The notes under the pieces: generated by a model | The model's input: the letters and a program-made list of their open reading frames with translations, nothing else | Databases searched by the model: none | Told to the model about the DNA's origin: nothing | Part shown: positions 22,603 through 34,441 of the stretch, piece after piece | How positions within the stretch are numbered: the stretch's first letter is position 1 | Layout of the letters: every line of letters begins with the position of its first letter | Origin: Hyaloraphidium curvatum SAG 235-1 | Taxonomy: Eukaryota; Fungi; Monoblepharomycota | NCBI GenBank assembly: GCA_025558095.1 | Contig: JAIVFI010000028.1 | Location: forward strand, 496,001 to 560,000 | Direction of reading: 5' to 3' | DNA length: 64,000 bases | Program-made: the position numbers and the translations under genes

Positions 22603-24031
22603 TCAGAGTATGAACGAGGCCGCGAGCTCGACGTTGCCCCCCGACGCCCTGCCGGAACGGACAGTCAGCGGGGCTCACCGGCCCGATCGCGGCGGTACCC
22701 ACTCCAAGGCCCGCACCGCCTCCTCCCTGCCCGCACCCAGCGCCACCAGCGTCTCGATCGCCCTCTCCTGCGGGGACTTGTCCGCCTCCGGTCCCTGTGC
22801 CGCGGCCGGTGCCTGCGCGCCCCCGTTCTCGACCGCCTTGGATCGGTCCCCGGGCGGCTCCCGCCTCGCCTTTTCGGGGAGCTCGTGCTCCGCGAGGAAG
22901 GGCACCTTTTCGCCGTGGATGCGGAGGCAGCCTTCCGCCAGGTCGATGATCGCCTGCAACCCGGGCGGTCAGCCATCCCCGTCAAGCCACGGCGTAATCG
23001 GCACGGCCGGCGCCCGCCCACCTGGTGCCTCTTGAGCATGTCCAGCCCCAGGATCAGGTCCACGTCGTCCCCCTCCACCACGTCGAAGCTGCACCCCAGG
23101 AAGCTCTTCCCGACCCTGATCGGCGCCGCGTGCACCCGGCCGAGGATCTTGGCGGTGCCCACGCCCACGGCGGTGCCGGCGAAGCGGTCGTCCATGAGGC
23201 GGACGATGCTGCAGTGCTGCGCGCACGAGGGGCTCACTGTACAGGGGAGGAGCGGTCAGCGGGAGCAGGGAGAGGAAGGGGGAAGGGCCCACTGATGGTG
23301 CGCTGGGCGCCAGAGTCGACAAACGCCTTGATCGGGCGGCCGTTCACCTCGACGTCTACGTAGAGCATGGTGACGCGTCCGAAAGCCTCGGGGCTGTGCT
23401 CCATCGCCATCTGCCGTGCGGCTCCCGGGTCAGCCCGATAACGACGTCCCGAGCGCCAAGTGTTCGCACCTCGAGGTTGCGCTGCACCTGCTCCCGCCTG
23501 ATCGCCTCCTCGATCCTCCTCTGCGCGTCGGCGTCGTACGGGTCGGCCTCGGCGAGCATCTCCAGCTCCTCCTCCTCCGCCCGCGCGGCTTGGATCTCGC
23601 GCCAGAGGGGTCGTTGAACGCGGCTTCGGCGAACTCGGGATCGCGCTGCACGAACGGGGCGTCCGGAGCGCGTTTCCACGTCAGTAGATTAAGTGCGGGG
23701 GAGCCATCAATTCCACCTGGGCGAGGATGGCCATCTGCCGCGGGTCGTCGAGCAGCTCCCGCCGGAACGCCTCGATCTCCGCGTCCTCCCCCGCCGCAGC
23801 CCCCGGCCCTCCCTCCGCCGGACGCACGAGGAGCACCTCGCCGTCGGTGATTCGCAGCTGTCACAGAGGTTTTTCGTCGCCGCGCAGCTCGGCGCTGCCG
23901 TGCAGGAGGGCGGGCGGCGCGGGGAGCCCGAACGCCGACGCCGCGAGGGCGCGCAGCGCGGACAGCGTGGTGCCCGGCGCGGCGTCGACGGTGCGGAGTT
24001 CGCCGCGCTCGTTTGTCAGCGTGAGCTTCAT
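22603..24031 (-). pseudogene. DDI1: DDI1-like gene (UBL-HDD-RVP-UBA) with an in-frame TGA and a frameshift
   Basis: MKLTL..UBL; [26 protein letters not shown] aspartyl protease; [11 protein letters not shown]; C-terminal UBA GGNVELAASFIL*. In-frame TGA at 23861-23863 (EKPL*QLRITDGEVL) and a frameshift/deletion at ~23610 (FNDP/LWREIQ). Confidence 0.8.
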
Positions 24032-24620
24032 TGGGCGGAGGCGGGGTGGCGGGGTGGGGGGTTGCCCGAGGTGGGTCGGAGTTGTCGGCGCTCGCGTTCC
24101 CACCGACCTCGGCACCCCGTCGGCGACAACTCATCACCTTTTCCTTCTCACCAACAGTGTCACTACGAGAAAGACGCAAACGCTTGAATCGCCACTGAAA
24201 TCAGAGTGCTTTTGCCGGATCCGTATCGACACGTGTCCGGGGGGCTTCCCCGGAAGCCAAGGCCCGACGCAAGGTGATTCTTCAACTGAAAACAACTACA
24301 CATGCAGAGGGAGCACTAGGAGGCCCAGAGGAATGTGCAAACGAGACGGAAGCTCCTCATTCGCGAAGCCGTCGAGGGTCCTGCTCAGTTCGTCCGCGGT
24401 GGCGCACGCTGACTACGCCAAGGTGCCCAACAGGAAAGGTACCCCATCAGAAGAGCATCGATATGTGTTTACTGGAATTGAAAGAAACCAACTACATATA
24501 CCATCGCCTTGCCATCTCGTCAGGCGCTATAGATCACGAGCCAAAAGGGTTCGCGAGGAAGGCGCCACCGGACCTCACTTCTTGTCAGACTTCTCACATT
24601 CACGACCGCCGCACCGACAT

Positions 24621-27600
24621 TCACACCGCCTTCACCGTCCACCCCACCGCGCCCACCACGCTGTCCACGTACCCCCAGAACTCGGCCTCGTCGAACCCCT
24701 CGATGATGCGCCAGTCCTCCTCCGATATCTCGATCCCCTCCACCAGCCTCGCGAGCGCCGCCATCCCGTCCCCGTCCTCCTCCCGCGCCTTCTCCTTCAG
24801 CTCCTTCTCCTTCTCCTTGTAGTCCTTGGCGTCCGGATCCCCGGCAAAGGGGACGTACCCGGGCACCGCGGGGTCCTTCTTGCCCGCCTCGGGCCGCTTG
24901 ACGAACCGCGCCGGGCTCCCCTGCACCTCCCACACGCCGCCGTGGATCCGCGTGCCGCCGTCGCCGCCCCACCCGAGGTTGCCCGCCGCCCACCGCGCCG
25001 CGCGCACCAGCCCCACGCGGGTGCACGCGCCCGCGTCCATGGCGAACCGCTCGAGCGAGGAACCCAGCGCGCGGAAAGCGTACGCGACCGCCCGGTCGTC
25101 CGGCCGCAGGAGCGGGCTCAGCGGGTCCAGCAGGTCCAGCACGCGTATGCTCGGCCCTTTGCTCCCCGGCCGCGCCGCCAGCCCGCCCAAAAGGGGCTCC
25201 CAGAACGCCCACGCGCGGTTGACGAACTCCCTCTCGTCCGCCTCGGGCACCCTGCACGCCCTTATGCACAGTCGCTCCAGGGTGCGCCCGCTGCTCGCCG
25301 CCGCGCGCCAGAGCACCCGGGAATCGACGAGGCAGTGCCGCAGCTCGAGGTCGCGCAGGCCGCCGCCGCCGCCCCCGAAGCGCACGAGGAGGGAGGCGCC
25401 GCGGGGGAAGGAGAGGTGCGCAAAGGCGACGGAGCGGAAGCACGCGCGGGGCAGGAGTTGCGGGAGCACAGAGGTCGAGACGCTCTTGAGCAGCGGGCCG
25501 GGGACGGCGGGGGGGTAGAGCGATGCGTTGTAGAGCGCAGTGTGGGCGCGAAGCACGGAGAGGGAGGCGGTGGCGGAGGGCAGGGCGGCGGCAGCGGGTG
25601 GGGGCGAGCCGAGGCGGGGGTGGGTGTAGTGCGACGCCTGCCCGCGCGAGGCGGGGGGCGACACCGCGCGCAGGGGGTTGGACGGCGATCCGGTGCGGCC
25701 GCCGCGGGATTGCGAGGTCGAGCGGAACAGCCCCTTGCGCGGGGCCGGGATCGGAGGGGGCGGGCGCGGCGCGGGGGCGCTCGGGGCGATGGTGACGGTG
25801 CTCCGGTTCGGGGCGGCCGCGGCCGCGGTGGCGCTGGCGAAGTAGCTGGCCAGCTCGGGCGGGCGGTGCGATGCCGCGGCGGTGGCGACCAAGGCGTAGG
25901 GCTGCGACGGCGCCGGGAGGTCACCCGAGCCCCCCGTGGCCGGCGCCTGAACCGGCGGCGCAGCCGTGAACGGCCACACGATCTGCGCAGCTGCCACGGC
26001 CTGCTCGGGCGGGCGATGCGATGCAGCTGCGGTGGCAACTGCCGCATACGGCTGCGACGGTGTAGGGTCCGCCCCGCCAACGGCCTGCGCCGGGCCCCCG
26101 CCGGTCTGCGCCACCGGCCCGACGCCGACGACCGGGTTGCCCGGCGGCAGCCCCTGCGTCGCCGCCAGCGCGGTGGCAAAGTACGGCGTGCTGGTAAAGT
26201 CCGACGCGCGCACCGGGCGCGGATGCTGGGTCGACGGCCCGGATTGCCCTGCGCTTGCTCGTCAGCCCCCGCCCTTCCGCCGCACGCACCGACGCAGCGA
26301 CACGTACCGTTGCTCCCCCACCTCCGATGCTTGCTCTCCCTCTCCCTGCCCCTCTGCGGCTCGATCCTCACGCTCACACCCGCGCTCTGCCCCGCCGCCC
26401 TCGCCGCGGCGGCAAAGTACTCCCTGAACCCGCCCTCCGCGACCGCGGAGGGTGCGCCGGTGCGCTGCCGCGCCGCGGTGCGCATTTCTTCCAGCGCGCG
26501 GGCGACCGAGGCGCCGTAGGCGTCGATGAGGAGGGCGGCGTGGTGCGCGGCGGGGGAGAGCTGCGCCTCGGGCGGGGGGTTGGGGTTGGGGATGAGCAGG
26601 GGGGCGGGGCGGGGGGCCGAGGGGCGGGAGGAGGGGACGAGGGTCGGGGGTGGGGAGGAGGGGTTGGGCGGGGGGGAGGAGGGGAGGCGCGGGGGGAGGT
26701 CGGACATGGCAGAGTCGGGGTCCTCGGGGTGCGAGTCCGGGGTGCCGGGGCGGTCCATGCGGCCGACGATGGAGACGGCCGAAATGGCGGCGCACTTGGC
26801 GACGACGGATTCGAGGAGCATCCCCGAGACCTCGCCGCCGGCGGTGCCGACCGTCAGCCTGCGCACGGCGGCGGCGTAGGTGGCGCCGCGGTGGCGCGAG
26901 CCGAGGGAGCGGGAAAACACGCGCAGGGAGCGGTGCGTGGGGAGCACGGGGTGGTTGTACAGGAGCGGGGTGGCGAGGTGGAAGAAGGGGCGCGAGAGGA
27001 GGAGCACGCGGGCCAGGGAGGCAAAGTCGGGCCGCACGACGTCGAAATCCGTCTGGGCGGCCGAGGTGGACGGGGGTGCGGTGGGCCGGGCGCGGGAGCC
27101 CGACGCGGTGGCCGGCTGCGGGTAGGTCCAGAAGGCGCGGTACGGCGCCGGGAATGCCGCCGAGCCGTGTGGTTCGCCGTCGGGGGCAAGGAAGCCGGCG
27201 GCGCCGGGCAGCCCACCCACGCGACTGGCAAAGTAGGGCCGACTTGGCCCCGCGGCCGGCCCGTCCTCTGCCATGGGGTCCCAGTCGTCGTCGGCGTCTT
27301 CGCCGTCGGTGGCGGGCGCGTTGGGCGCCAGCACGTACTCGAGGATCGCCTTGAGCAGCTCCGTCGGCAGGTCGCCCAGGCCGACGGGCGCGATCGTGAC
27401 GATCGAGGCGGCGTCGTCCGACGGCGGTTTCCTGGGCAGGCTGGGGATCCGCGGCATGCTGCCCTGGCCGCCCCCCGGCGAGCCGCCCCCGCCGCCGCCG
27501 CCGCCCATCTGCCCGCTGAGAGAGTTCGCTCCACTTAAACCAGTGTTCGGGACGAGGGGGCCGGGCGGCGACAGCGGCGTGAGGGCCGTCAGCGCGTGCG

Positions 27601-27703
27601 GCCCGTCGACCAGCGTGCGCGCGCTCTCGTCGCCGCGCCGCCGCTTTTCCGCGCGGCCCGAGTCCGACGACGCCGTCGACCGCCGCCGCTCGTCGAACGA
27701 CAT
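24621..27703 (-). CDS. Large F-box-like protein with low-complexity inserts, 2 exons
   Basis: LGDLPTELLKAILEYV..LARVLLLSRPFFHLATPLLYNHPVL. GTACGT..GCAG intron near 26250-26307 joins ORF 25262-27973 to ORF 24621-26213. Internal 20-aa duplication PSQPYAxVATAAASHRPPE. Confidence 0.7.
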
Positions 27704-28266
27704 CGTCTCCCCTACGCCGCAAGGGCAGCGCCTGGCCTGATGCGCCGGGTGAACCGAAACCCCGAAACCCCTTGGCGCCCCACGCCCATCGAGCCTAAAC
27801 ACTCCGCTGTCGTCGGACTGGGCGAATCGCGCCTGCCACAGGCTTCGCACGGGCATTCTGGATCGCCATCCGCGGTGTGGTTGTCTCGCACCGGCCGGAT
27901 CCGCACATCTTTTGCAGAGCGGCCGTGCGGCCCCTGCACCTCGCCACCGGTCCACTACCCCCACCGATCCCATCCGGACCGGGCCTCTGGCAACGACGCC
28001 CCAGATATTCCGCCCCGAATCCGCTCCATTAGAGCGCCGAAATGGGACGAAGGTTCCCGTTCGGCCCCCTCCGCCCCGTCCTGCCCGTCCTCGTGCCTAC
28101 AAGACACACGGAAGCTTCATATCTTCGAACCCCCAACGGGATCCGCTGGCGCATCCACGTCTCCCGCGAGATGCAGCCTTCCCGACCGGGATCGGCGCCG
28201 CCGATCTCAAGGGACTTTCCCTCAGCCCGCCTTCCCGCCGTCTCCCTGTCTCCCGCGCCGGAGACC

Positions 28267-29151
28267 ATGTCCGTCGAAGGCCGCGTCGCCCTCGTCACCG
28301 GCGCCTCCCGCGGCGTCGGCCGCGGCGTGGCGTTGGCCCTCGCGCAGGCCGGCGCGACGGTGTTCGCAACCGCGCGGACGCTCCGGGGCCAAAGCGGGGG
28401 GGTGCCGCTGCCGGGGAGCCTGGAGGAGCTGGTGGAGGAGTGCGCGGCGGGCGGGGCAAAGGGGACGATCGTTCCCATCAAGTGCGACCACGCGGACGAC
28501 GCGCAGGTCCGCTCCGCGGTCGCGGAAATCGAATCCCGGGCCGGGCGCCTGGACGTGCTCGTGAACAACGTCTGGTGGGGCTACGAAGGCCTCCACCTGA
28601 TGGATGACCGCGGGCGGACATGGGGCGCGCCGTTCTGGGAGCAGCCGGCATCGATGCTGGACGACATGCTCGGTTCCGTGCGGGCGCACTACGTCGCCAC
28701 GCAGCTCTGCACGCCGCTGATGCTCCGCTCGGCCGCCCCCGACCGGCCGGGGTTGATCGTCAACGTGAGCTACTTTTCCGGCGCCCTGCACCGCGGCACC
28801 GAGAACGTGCCGTACCACCTGTCCAAGAACGCGGACGACAGGATGGCCGCGGCGTTCGCGAACCACCTCCGCCCGCACCACATCGCCTCGCTGTCCCTGT
28901 ACCCCGGCCTCGTGCGGACGGAAGGCACACTCGCCGTTCCCGCGGGCGTCTTCGACTTTTCCAACTCCGAGTCGCCGCTGTTCGTCGGGCGCGCGGTGGC
29001 GGCCTTGGCGGCGGACCCGAAGGTGATGGACAGGAGCGGGGAGTGCGTGGTGGCGGCGGAGCTGGGGGACGAGTACGGTTTTGTGGATGTGGATGGGAAG
29101 AGGCCCAAGTCCATCAGGGATAGCTTCGGGTCGGAGCTCAAGGCTGCCTAG
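28267..29151 (+). CDS. Short-chain dehydrogenase/reductase (DHRS1-like), intronless
   Basis: VTGASRGVGRG, CDH, LDVLVNN, YHLSK (YxxxK), YPGLVRTE, ESPLFVGRAVAALAADP. Confidence 0.92.
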   Translation: MSVEGRVALVTGASRGVGRGVALALAQAGATVFATARTLRGQSGGVPLPGSLEELVEECAAGGAKGTIVPIKCDHADDAQVRSAVAEIESRAGRLDVLVNNVWWGYEGLHLMDDRGRTWGAPFWEQPASMLDDMLGSVRAHYVATQLCTPLMLRSAAPDRPGLIVNVSYFSGALHRGTENVPYHLSKNADDRMAAAFANHLRPHHIASLSLYPGLVRTEGTLAVPAGVFDFSNSESPLFVGRAVAALAADPKVMDRSGECVVAAELGDEYGFVDVDGKRPKSIRDSFGSELKAA

Positions 29152-29171
29152 CGGGGGCCGCGGTTCCCTCA

Positions 29172-30040
29172 ATGGACAACCGTAACCTCTCGCGCCCTAA
29201 CGTGCGCCCGCATCGCTCTTCCCACCGGCGTTTCGGCATCGGCGGTGTGCCCGGGACGCCGCGGAGGCACGGCCGATGCGAATCATACGCATGCCGGCCC
29301 CGGAGCTCGGCCCCAGGCCTGTCCACCCATAGCACGCCCCCGCGGTCATCTGCTTCCACAACTTCCATGACTTTGGCGGCGTCTCGGACCGGTTCCAGAA
29401 CTCGTGGAGGAACCTCCGCGGTGGCGCGTGCTTCCGCTACGGTGCGTCCGGCAGAACAGCCCGACGGCCCGGATGAAAGCTTCATGTCTCCCTTCCCACA
29501 GTGACCGGCTTCGACATCACCGGCGTCACTACCGAGGTTGCCCGGGCTTTCCTATCGCCAATACGCGCAGTCTGATCACGTTCCGGACCAGGTGGACCTC
29601 ACGTTCCAGCAGGGAATCAAGTCGCCGTGCGACTGCGCGTTCGCTTGCCTGAAGCGAGGGGTGGGTTCATCGGCTGCCCGCTTTGCAACGACCGGTAGCT
29701 CACTGACCTTCCGCGCCAGGGCACCTGCACCAACTGGGTGTGGAAGTTCACCACGGACCCCAACCACCGCACGTGCACGTCGGTACACCGCACCGAACCC
29801 AGGTGCCGCCGCATCTGACCCCGCCCGCGCAGCCTCTACTCCAACTTCAACCTCCCCTCGCAGTTCACCATCAAGTACGACGCCGGCGCGAGCACCAACA
29901 TCCAGCTCCTCAAGTCGGACAACAACCCGCAGGCCGGATCGGCGGTCCCGCGATGCACGCAGTTCAAGAGCCAGAATCCAAACAACGGGTGCTTCAGAGG
30001 GATGATGTTCCAGCAGGCCGACGGGAAGTTTGTGTGCTGA
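29172..30040 (+). CDS. Cys-rich PAN/apple-like protein, multi-exon, 5' end unresolved (not in the ORF track)
   Basis: Exons reconstruct HAPAVICF..GGACFRY|VTGFDITGVTTE|VDLTFQQGIKSPCDCAFACLKRG|GTCTNWVWKF..RTCT|LYSNFNLP..GMMFQQADGKFVC*. The first junction needs a non-canonical GC donor and no signal peptide is visible. Confidence 0.6.
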
Positions 30041-30181
30041 ATGAGATGCCATGCTTGGCGTCTTGGGGATCGAGTGAGGCGGCAGACGGCAACGCGCCGA
30101 ACAGCGATCGGGACATCTGGCGGGGTTCTTTCGACGTACAGGGCGTTGTATCGGTAGACAGCCATCGCGCTCGAACAGACT

Positions 30182-30580
30182 TCAACCGTCATTATCGTCC
30201 TCGCTTCCACTTGACGTGTCCGTGGCGGAGCCAGAGGACTCCGAATCGCCCGACGCCTCGGAATCCGACAGCTCGTCGACCTCGTCCTCCGAACGCACGC
30301 AAGCGACCAGCATCCACCTCGTCGCGAACACCGACGACATGGTACTCCAGATCCTTGGGCCCCTTGAGCTCCACCCGGAGCTGCGACCACGTGGCACGGA
30401 TCCCCAGCGCGGCCAGGCGCTCCCCCGCGGCCGCCCTGAACTTCTTGTCCTCCACGAGCCCAAACAATTCTTCGCAATCGCTCCATCTATGCTGCTCAGC
30501 GTCTCGCCCTCGGGGTCACGCGCACGGAGCGCCTCCGGGGACACGTCCAGCGTCGACTTGCCGAGAATGAAGTGAGGCAT
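30182..30580 (-). pseudogene. Internally deleted, frameshifted paralogue of the adjacent BTB-like gene
   Basis: MPHFILGKSTLDVSPEALRARD matches MPTFLLSGTAVDLPDSLLRARD; FGLVEDKKFR..RLAALGIRATW matches FELLGEEAFR..RLRALGLEADW; RWML plus an acidic tail. Confidence 0.75.
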
Positions 30581-30723
30581 GACGGCGGGAGAGGACTGAG
30601 GGGAAGAATGTCCAGGCGCCGACCGATGAGTCACAAATCGCGCGGAGAACAGTTCGGTCGCTCGCCGGCAATCAACAAGCAGCCTTTCTTCAGCCACCTC
30701 TCTGACGCTGCTCCACTGTAATA

Positions 30724-31650
30724 ATGCCCACGTTCCTTCTTTCCGGCACCGCAGTGGACCTCCCCGACTCTCTCTTGCGCGCCCGCGACCGCGGCCGGCG
30801 CACCCCGTTCTCCCACCTCACCTCGGATTCCTGGACCTCGCCAGCCGGCCCTTCCTCTCCCCTGGTCATCGACATCGTGGGCGCGGTGGGAAAAGCTTGG
30901 AAGGAGCAGATGGCGGACTTCGTGCGGTCGTACTTCTCCGGTGGGAGAAGCCCGGGAAGGCCAGCTGGCACAATGTGTTCATCCCCGTTTTCTTCCACAG
31001 GACCCAATGATCGCCTTACCGTCCCCGATGGCGTCGAGCTGGAGGATTTGCTGGCCGTCTGCGACTTCTTGGCGCTCGAAGTCGACCCCGAAGCCCTGCT
31101 GGCCACGCTGTCGGGACCCGCCGACACGGGCCGGTTCCTCCGCGGGCGGCTGCACCTTTTCCGCGCTCAGCAGCTGGAGCTCGTAGTGCCCATGATCCTA
31201 CACAAGATGCGCAGGGCGGTTGTTCCGTCGGCCGGGTTCAAGTTCCTGCAGATGCTGGACTCGGACCAGCTCTACTACATCAACAAGTACAACGAGCGTC
31301 CCGGGCGCTACCTGACGTTCGGGAAGAGCATCCCGGAGGATGGCCGCGGCGTAGAGCACCCCTGGGGCAGGGCGGACAACTTCTTCGAGCTGCTGGGCGA
31401 GGAGGCGTTCCGCGTGGAGATCGCAAGGCGGCTTCGCGCCCTCGGCCTGGAGGCGGATTGGGAGAAGGTGATCCTGGAGGTGACGGGACCGAGGGAACAG
31501 GACTCGGCGAGGGTGGACCCCATCTTCTCCTGGAGATGGGTGCTGTCGGTGTCGGCGGCGGCCGGTCACACTGAGCCCGGCATCGAAGCTGATGAGTCCG
31601 ACGAGGAAAGTAGCGCCGGAGAGAACGAGGATGATCAAGGCAACCAGTAG
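30724..31650 (+). CDS. Hypothetical protein with a BTB/POZ-like N-terminal region
   Basis: FVRSYF..LTVPDGVELEDLLAVCDFLAL resembles the BTB C-terminal helices; probable 60-nt in-frame intron ~30941-31000. Confidence 0.6.
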   Translation: MPTFLLSGTAVDLPDSLLRARDRGRRTPFSHLTSDSWTSPAGPSSPLVIDIVGAVGKAWKEQMADFVRSYFSGGRSPGRPAGTMCSSPFSSTGPNDRLTVPDGVELEDLLAVCDFLALEVDPEALLATLSGPADTGRFLRGRLHLFRAQQLELVVPMILHKMRRAVVPSAGFKFLQMLDSDQLYYINKYNERPGRYLTFGKSIPEDGRGVEHPWGRADNFFELLGEEAFRVEIARRLRALGLEADWEKVILEVTGPREQDSARVDPIFSWRWVLSVSAAAGHTEPGIEADESDEESSAGENEDDQGNQ

Positions 31651-31804
31651 TTATCGGCTGTAGGCAGCACTTTTGTCGCCGCCTACAGTCTCCAGCAGTT
31701 TTGCCACAGTTGGGCTTGGCGAGGGAAGGCTCGGATCGGGTGAACAGTCGAACATTCCACGGCCGCCGGCAACCGGCAACCGGATTCACGCCGGAACCGC
31801 CGCG

Positions 31805-34274
31805 ATGGTGCTGCAGTCGGAGGTGCTCCCGGTCAAGGAGAGCGATGCGGAGATCCAGGAGGCGCTGAAGGAGGCGTTCGTGCCGTGCCTGCTGGCGGCG
31901 CTGGCGCAGACGCTGGGCGACACGCGGTACATCCCGGACGAGCTGCGGCCGAACGCCATCGACGACCGCGTCGCCGCGCTGTTCGACACGACCGGCGGCT
32001 TCACGCCCGAGCAGACCGAGAAGGGCCGCGCGCTCGCGTTCGAGGGCATCAAGGAGCTGAAGCGGCAGCAGGAGGCCGGCACCCTCAAGGCGTACGTGCA
32101 CGATGCCGCGCACGAGGAGATCGTCAAGAAGGGCCTGGACTGGCTCACCGGTGGCCGCACGTCCGAGGACTACCTGCCGCTGATGATCGAGGTGGGCGGG
32201 GGAGGTGCTGTTCGGGGAACAAGACTTGACACCCCGGCAGGAACTGGCACCCTACGGGGAGGACCCCCGTGCCCCGAAATGGCGCGCGGCCGGCGCTTCC
32301 GCTTCCCAGGAGCCGGCAGTCGCGAAGCCGAGCGACCAGCTGGGCGTGGTCATGTGGGCTCACCCGCGGGCTCCTTGGTCGACATCACCTGACTCTGTTG
32401 CAGCATCGGAGCCGGCATGTCGGGCATTCTGGCTGCGATTCGGTGCAAGCAGGCCGGGATTCCCTTTGTCGTGCTGGAGAAGAACTCGGACGTCGGCGGG
32501 ACCTGGCTCGAGGTGGGCGTCGTCTGCCGGGACCGGTCCTCTGTGCCCACCTTCTCCTTCCCTCCAGAACGTGTATCCCGGCGCCCGCGTCGACTCGACC
32601 AACCTCTTCTACTCCTACACCTTTGCCCAAAAGCTCAACTGGCCCAAGCTCTGGTCCCCCCAGCCCACGCTCCTCGAGTACTTTGCCGACGTGGCCGACA
32701 AGTTCGGCATCAAGAAGTACATCCGCTTCAAACAGGAGGTCGTCGAGAGCACCTGGGACGAGAAGGAGCTCGTGTGGCGCGTGTCGACCAAGGGCGGGGA
32801 GACGTGGACGACCAAGTCGCTCATCGTCGCGGTGGGCCAGCTCAACCGGCCGCAGATCCCGGCCATCAAGGGCGCGGACAAGTTCAAGGGGCCCAAGTTC
32901 CACACCGCCACCTGGTTCGTGCCCTCCGGAAGTCTTGTCGGACGACGCTGACACGTTATCCAGGGACAAGTCGGTCGACCTGACCGGCAAGAAGGTCCTC
33001 GTCATCGGCACCGGCAGTTCCGCGTCGCAAATGGTGCCCGAGGTGGCCGAGATCGCCAGCCACGTCACGGTCTTCCAGCGCACGCGCAACTGGACGTTCG
33101 ACAACCCGGCCTACCACATGGACATCAGCGATGGGCAGAAGTACCTCTACGCTCACGGTGGGCCGGCCCGGCTTCCGTGGCTTGAGAAATCCTCTCATTC
33201 CCCCTTCAGTCCCCTCCTACTCGTCCTGGCACCGGTTCTGGCAGTTCCTCAACATCTCCGACGGTCTCCTCCCCGGCGTCGCCGTCGACGAGGGCTGGAA
33301 TGACCCCACCGGCCGCTCCTGCGGCGAGCTCAACAAGATCGTCGGCGACGCCGTCTGGGGTATGATGGAGGCCTTCGTCAAGGAGAAGCGGCCCGACCTC
33401 GTGGACAAGATCAGGCCGAACTACCCGATCGGGACCAAGCGCGTGGTCCTGGAGACGAGGGCGTGGCTGGGGTGCCTTATGAGGGAGAATGTGGAGCTGG
33501 TGGACGGGCACACGATCGAGGAGATCACCGAGAAGGGGCTGCTGGTGCGGGATCCGCAGGGCAAGGTGACCGAGTACGAGGGAGACGCGATCCTCTACGG
33601 CACGGTGGGTTGAGCTGTTCTGCGGGGACGACGACCTTGGCCCACGTCTGAGCCCGATGCCATTGGACCCACAGGGCTTCTACGCTTCGCGCTTCCTGTA
33701 CCCCATGCGGTTCAAGGGCATCGGCGGCAAGGACCTCCACGAGTCCTGGGGCGGCGACGCCCGTGCCTACCTCGGAATCACCGTCCCTGGCTTCCCCAAC
33801 TTCACAATGATGGTCGGTTCGGGGACGCTCCCGTTGCGCCCACGCCCGACCTTTCTGACCGCCCGCCATCCACAGTACGGCCCCAACACCAACATCGTCG
33901 TGAACGGCTCTATCGTCTTCTTCTCCGAGTGCGAGATCGGCCACATCATGCAGCTCCTCCAGCAGGTCCTCGACCCCTCGTCGCCGCATTACGGCGGCGC
34001 GTTCCAGCCCAAGAGGGACGTCTACGACGCCTACCAGAAGTTCGTGGACGACGGAAATGCCAAGCGCGCGTGGGGCCGGCCGGGTTCGACGGTCAGCTCG
34101 TGGTACAAGTGGGTCTCGCCGGCGCACTGGGTGGGTTTGGGAACGGAAGCTGACTTGGATCGCAGGAACGAGTTCGGCCGCGTGGCGCAGAACTGGCCGG
34201 GGAATTGCCTCGAGTACTGGCAGAGGACGCGGGAGGTGAACCCCGCAGACTACGAGTTCACCGACAAGAAGTAG
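31805..34274 (+). CDS. Baeyer-Villiger monooxygenase (4-hydroxyacetophenone monooxygenase-like, with N-terminal extension), multi-exon
   Basis: IIGAGMSG, VGGTWLENVYPG, BVMO fingerprint [42 protein letters not shown]. Confidence 0.92.
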
Positions 34275-34441
34275 GGCCTCCGCCGCGGCGATTGTGGAGC
34301 GTGTGATGATGGAATAAATTAGTGCTTGCTATCTACAATGATATCGTGCGATGCAGATGACGCAGATGTTGCATCTTCCGACACAGTTCAATGTCCATGG
34401 TTCCCGCAATGCTTTTCCTCCAATGCCATGTTTCGAGTCCC

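Noticed and set aside
23861-23863. DDI1 in-frame TGA as selenocysteine (some early-diverging fungi use Sec)
   Set aside because: The position is not a Cys/redox site, I see no canonical SECIS in the 3'UTR, and a separate frameshift indicates decay.
23727-26519. Very long antisense or alternative-frame ORFs (this 930-aa one; also 19622-21493, 4508-6046, 9784-11472)
   Set aside because: Arg/Pro/Gly-rich shadow frames expected at this GC content; each overlaps a better-supported gene.
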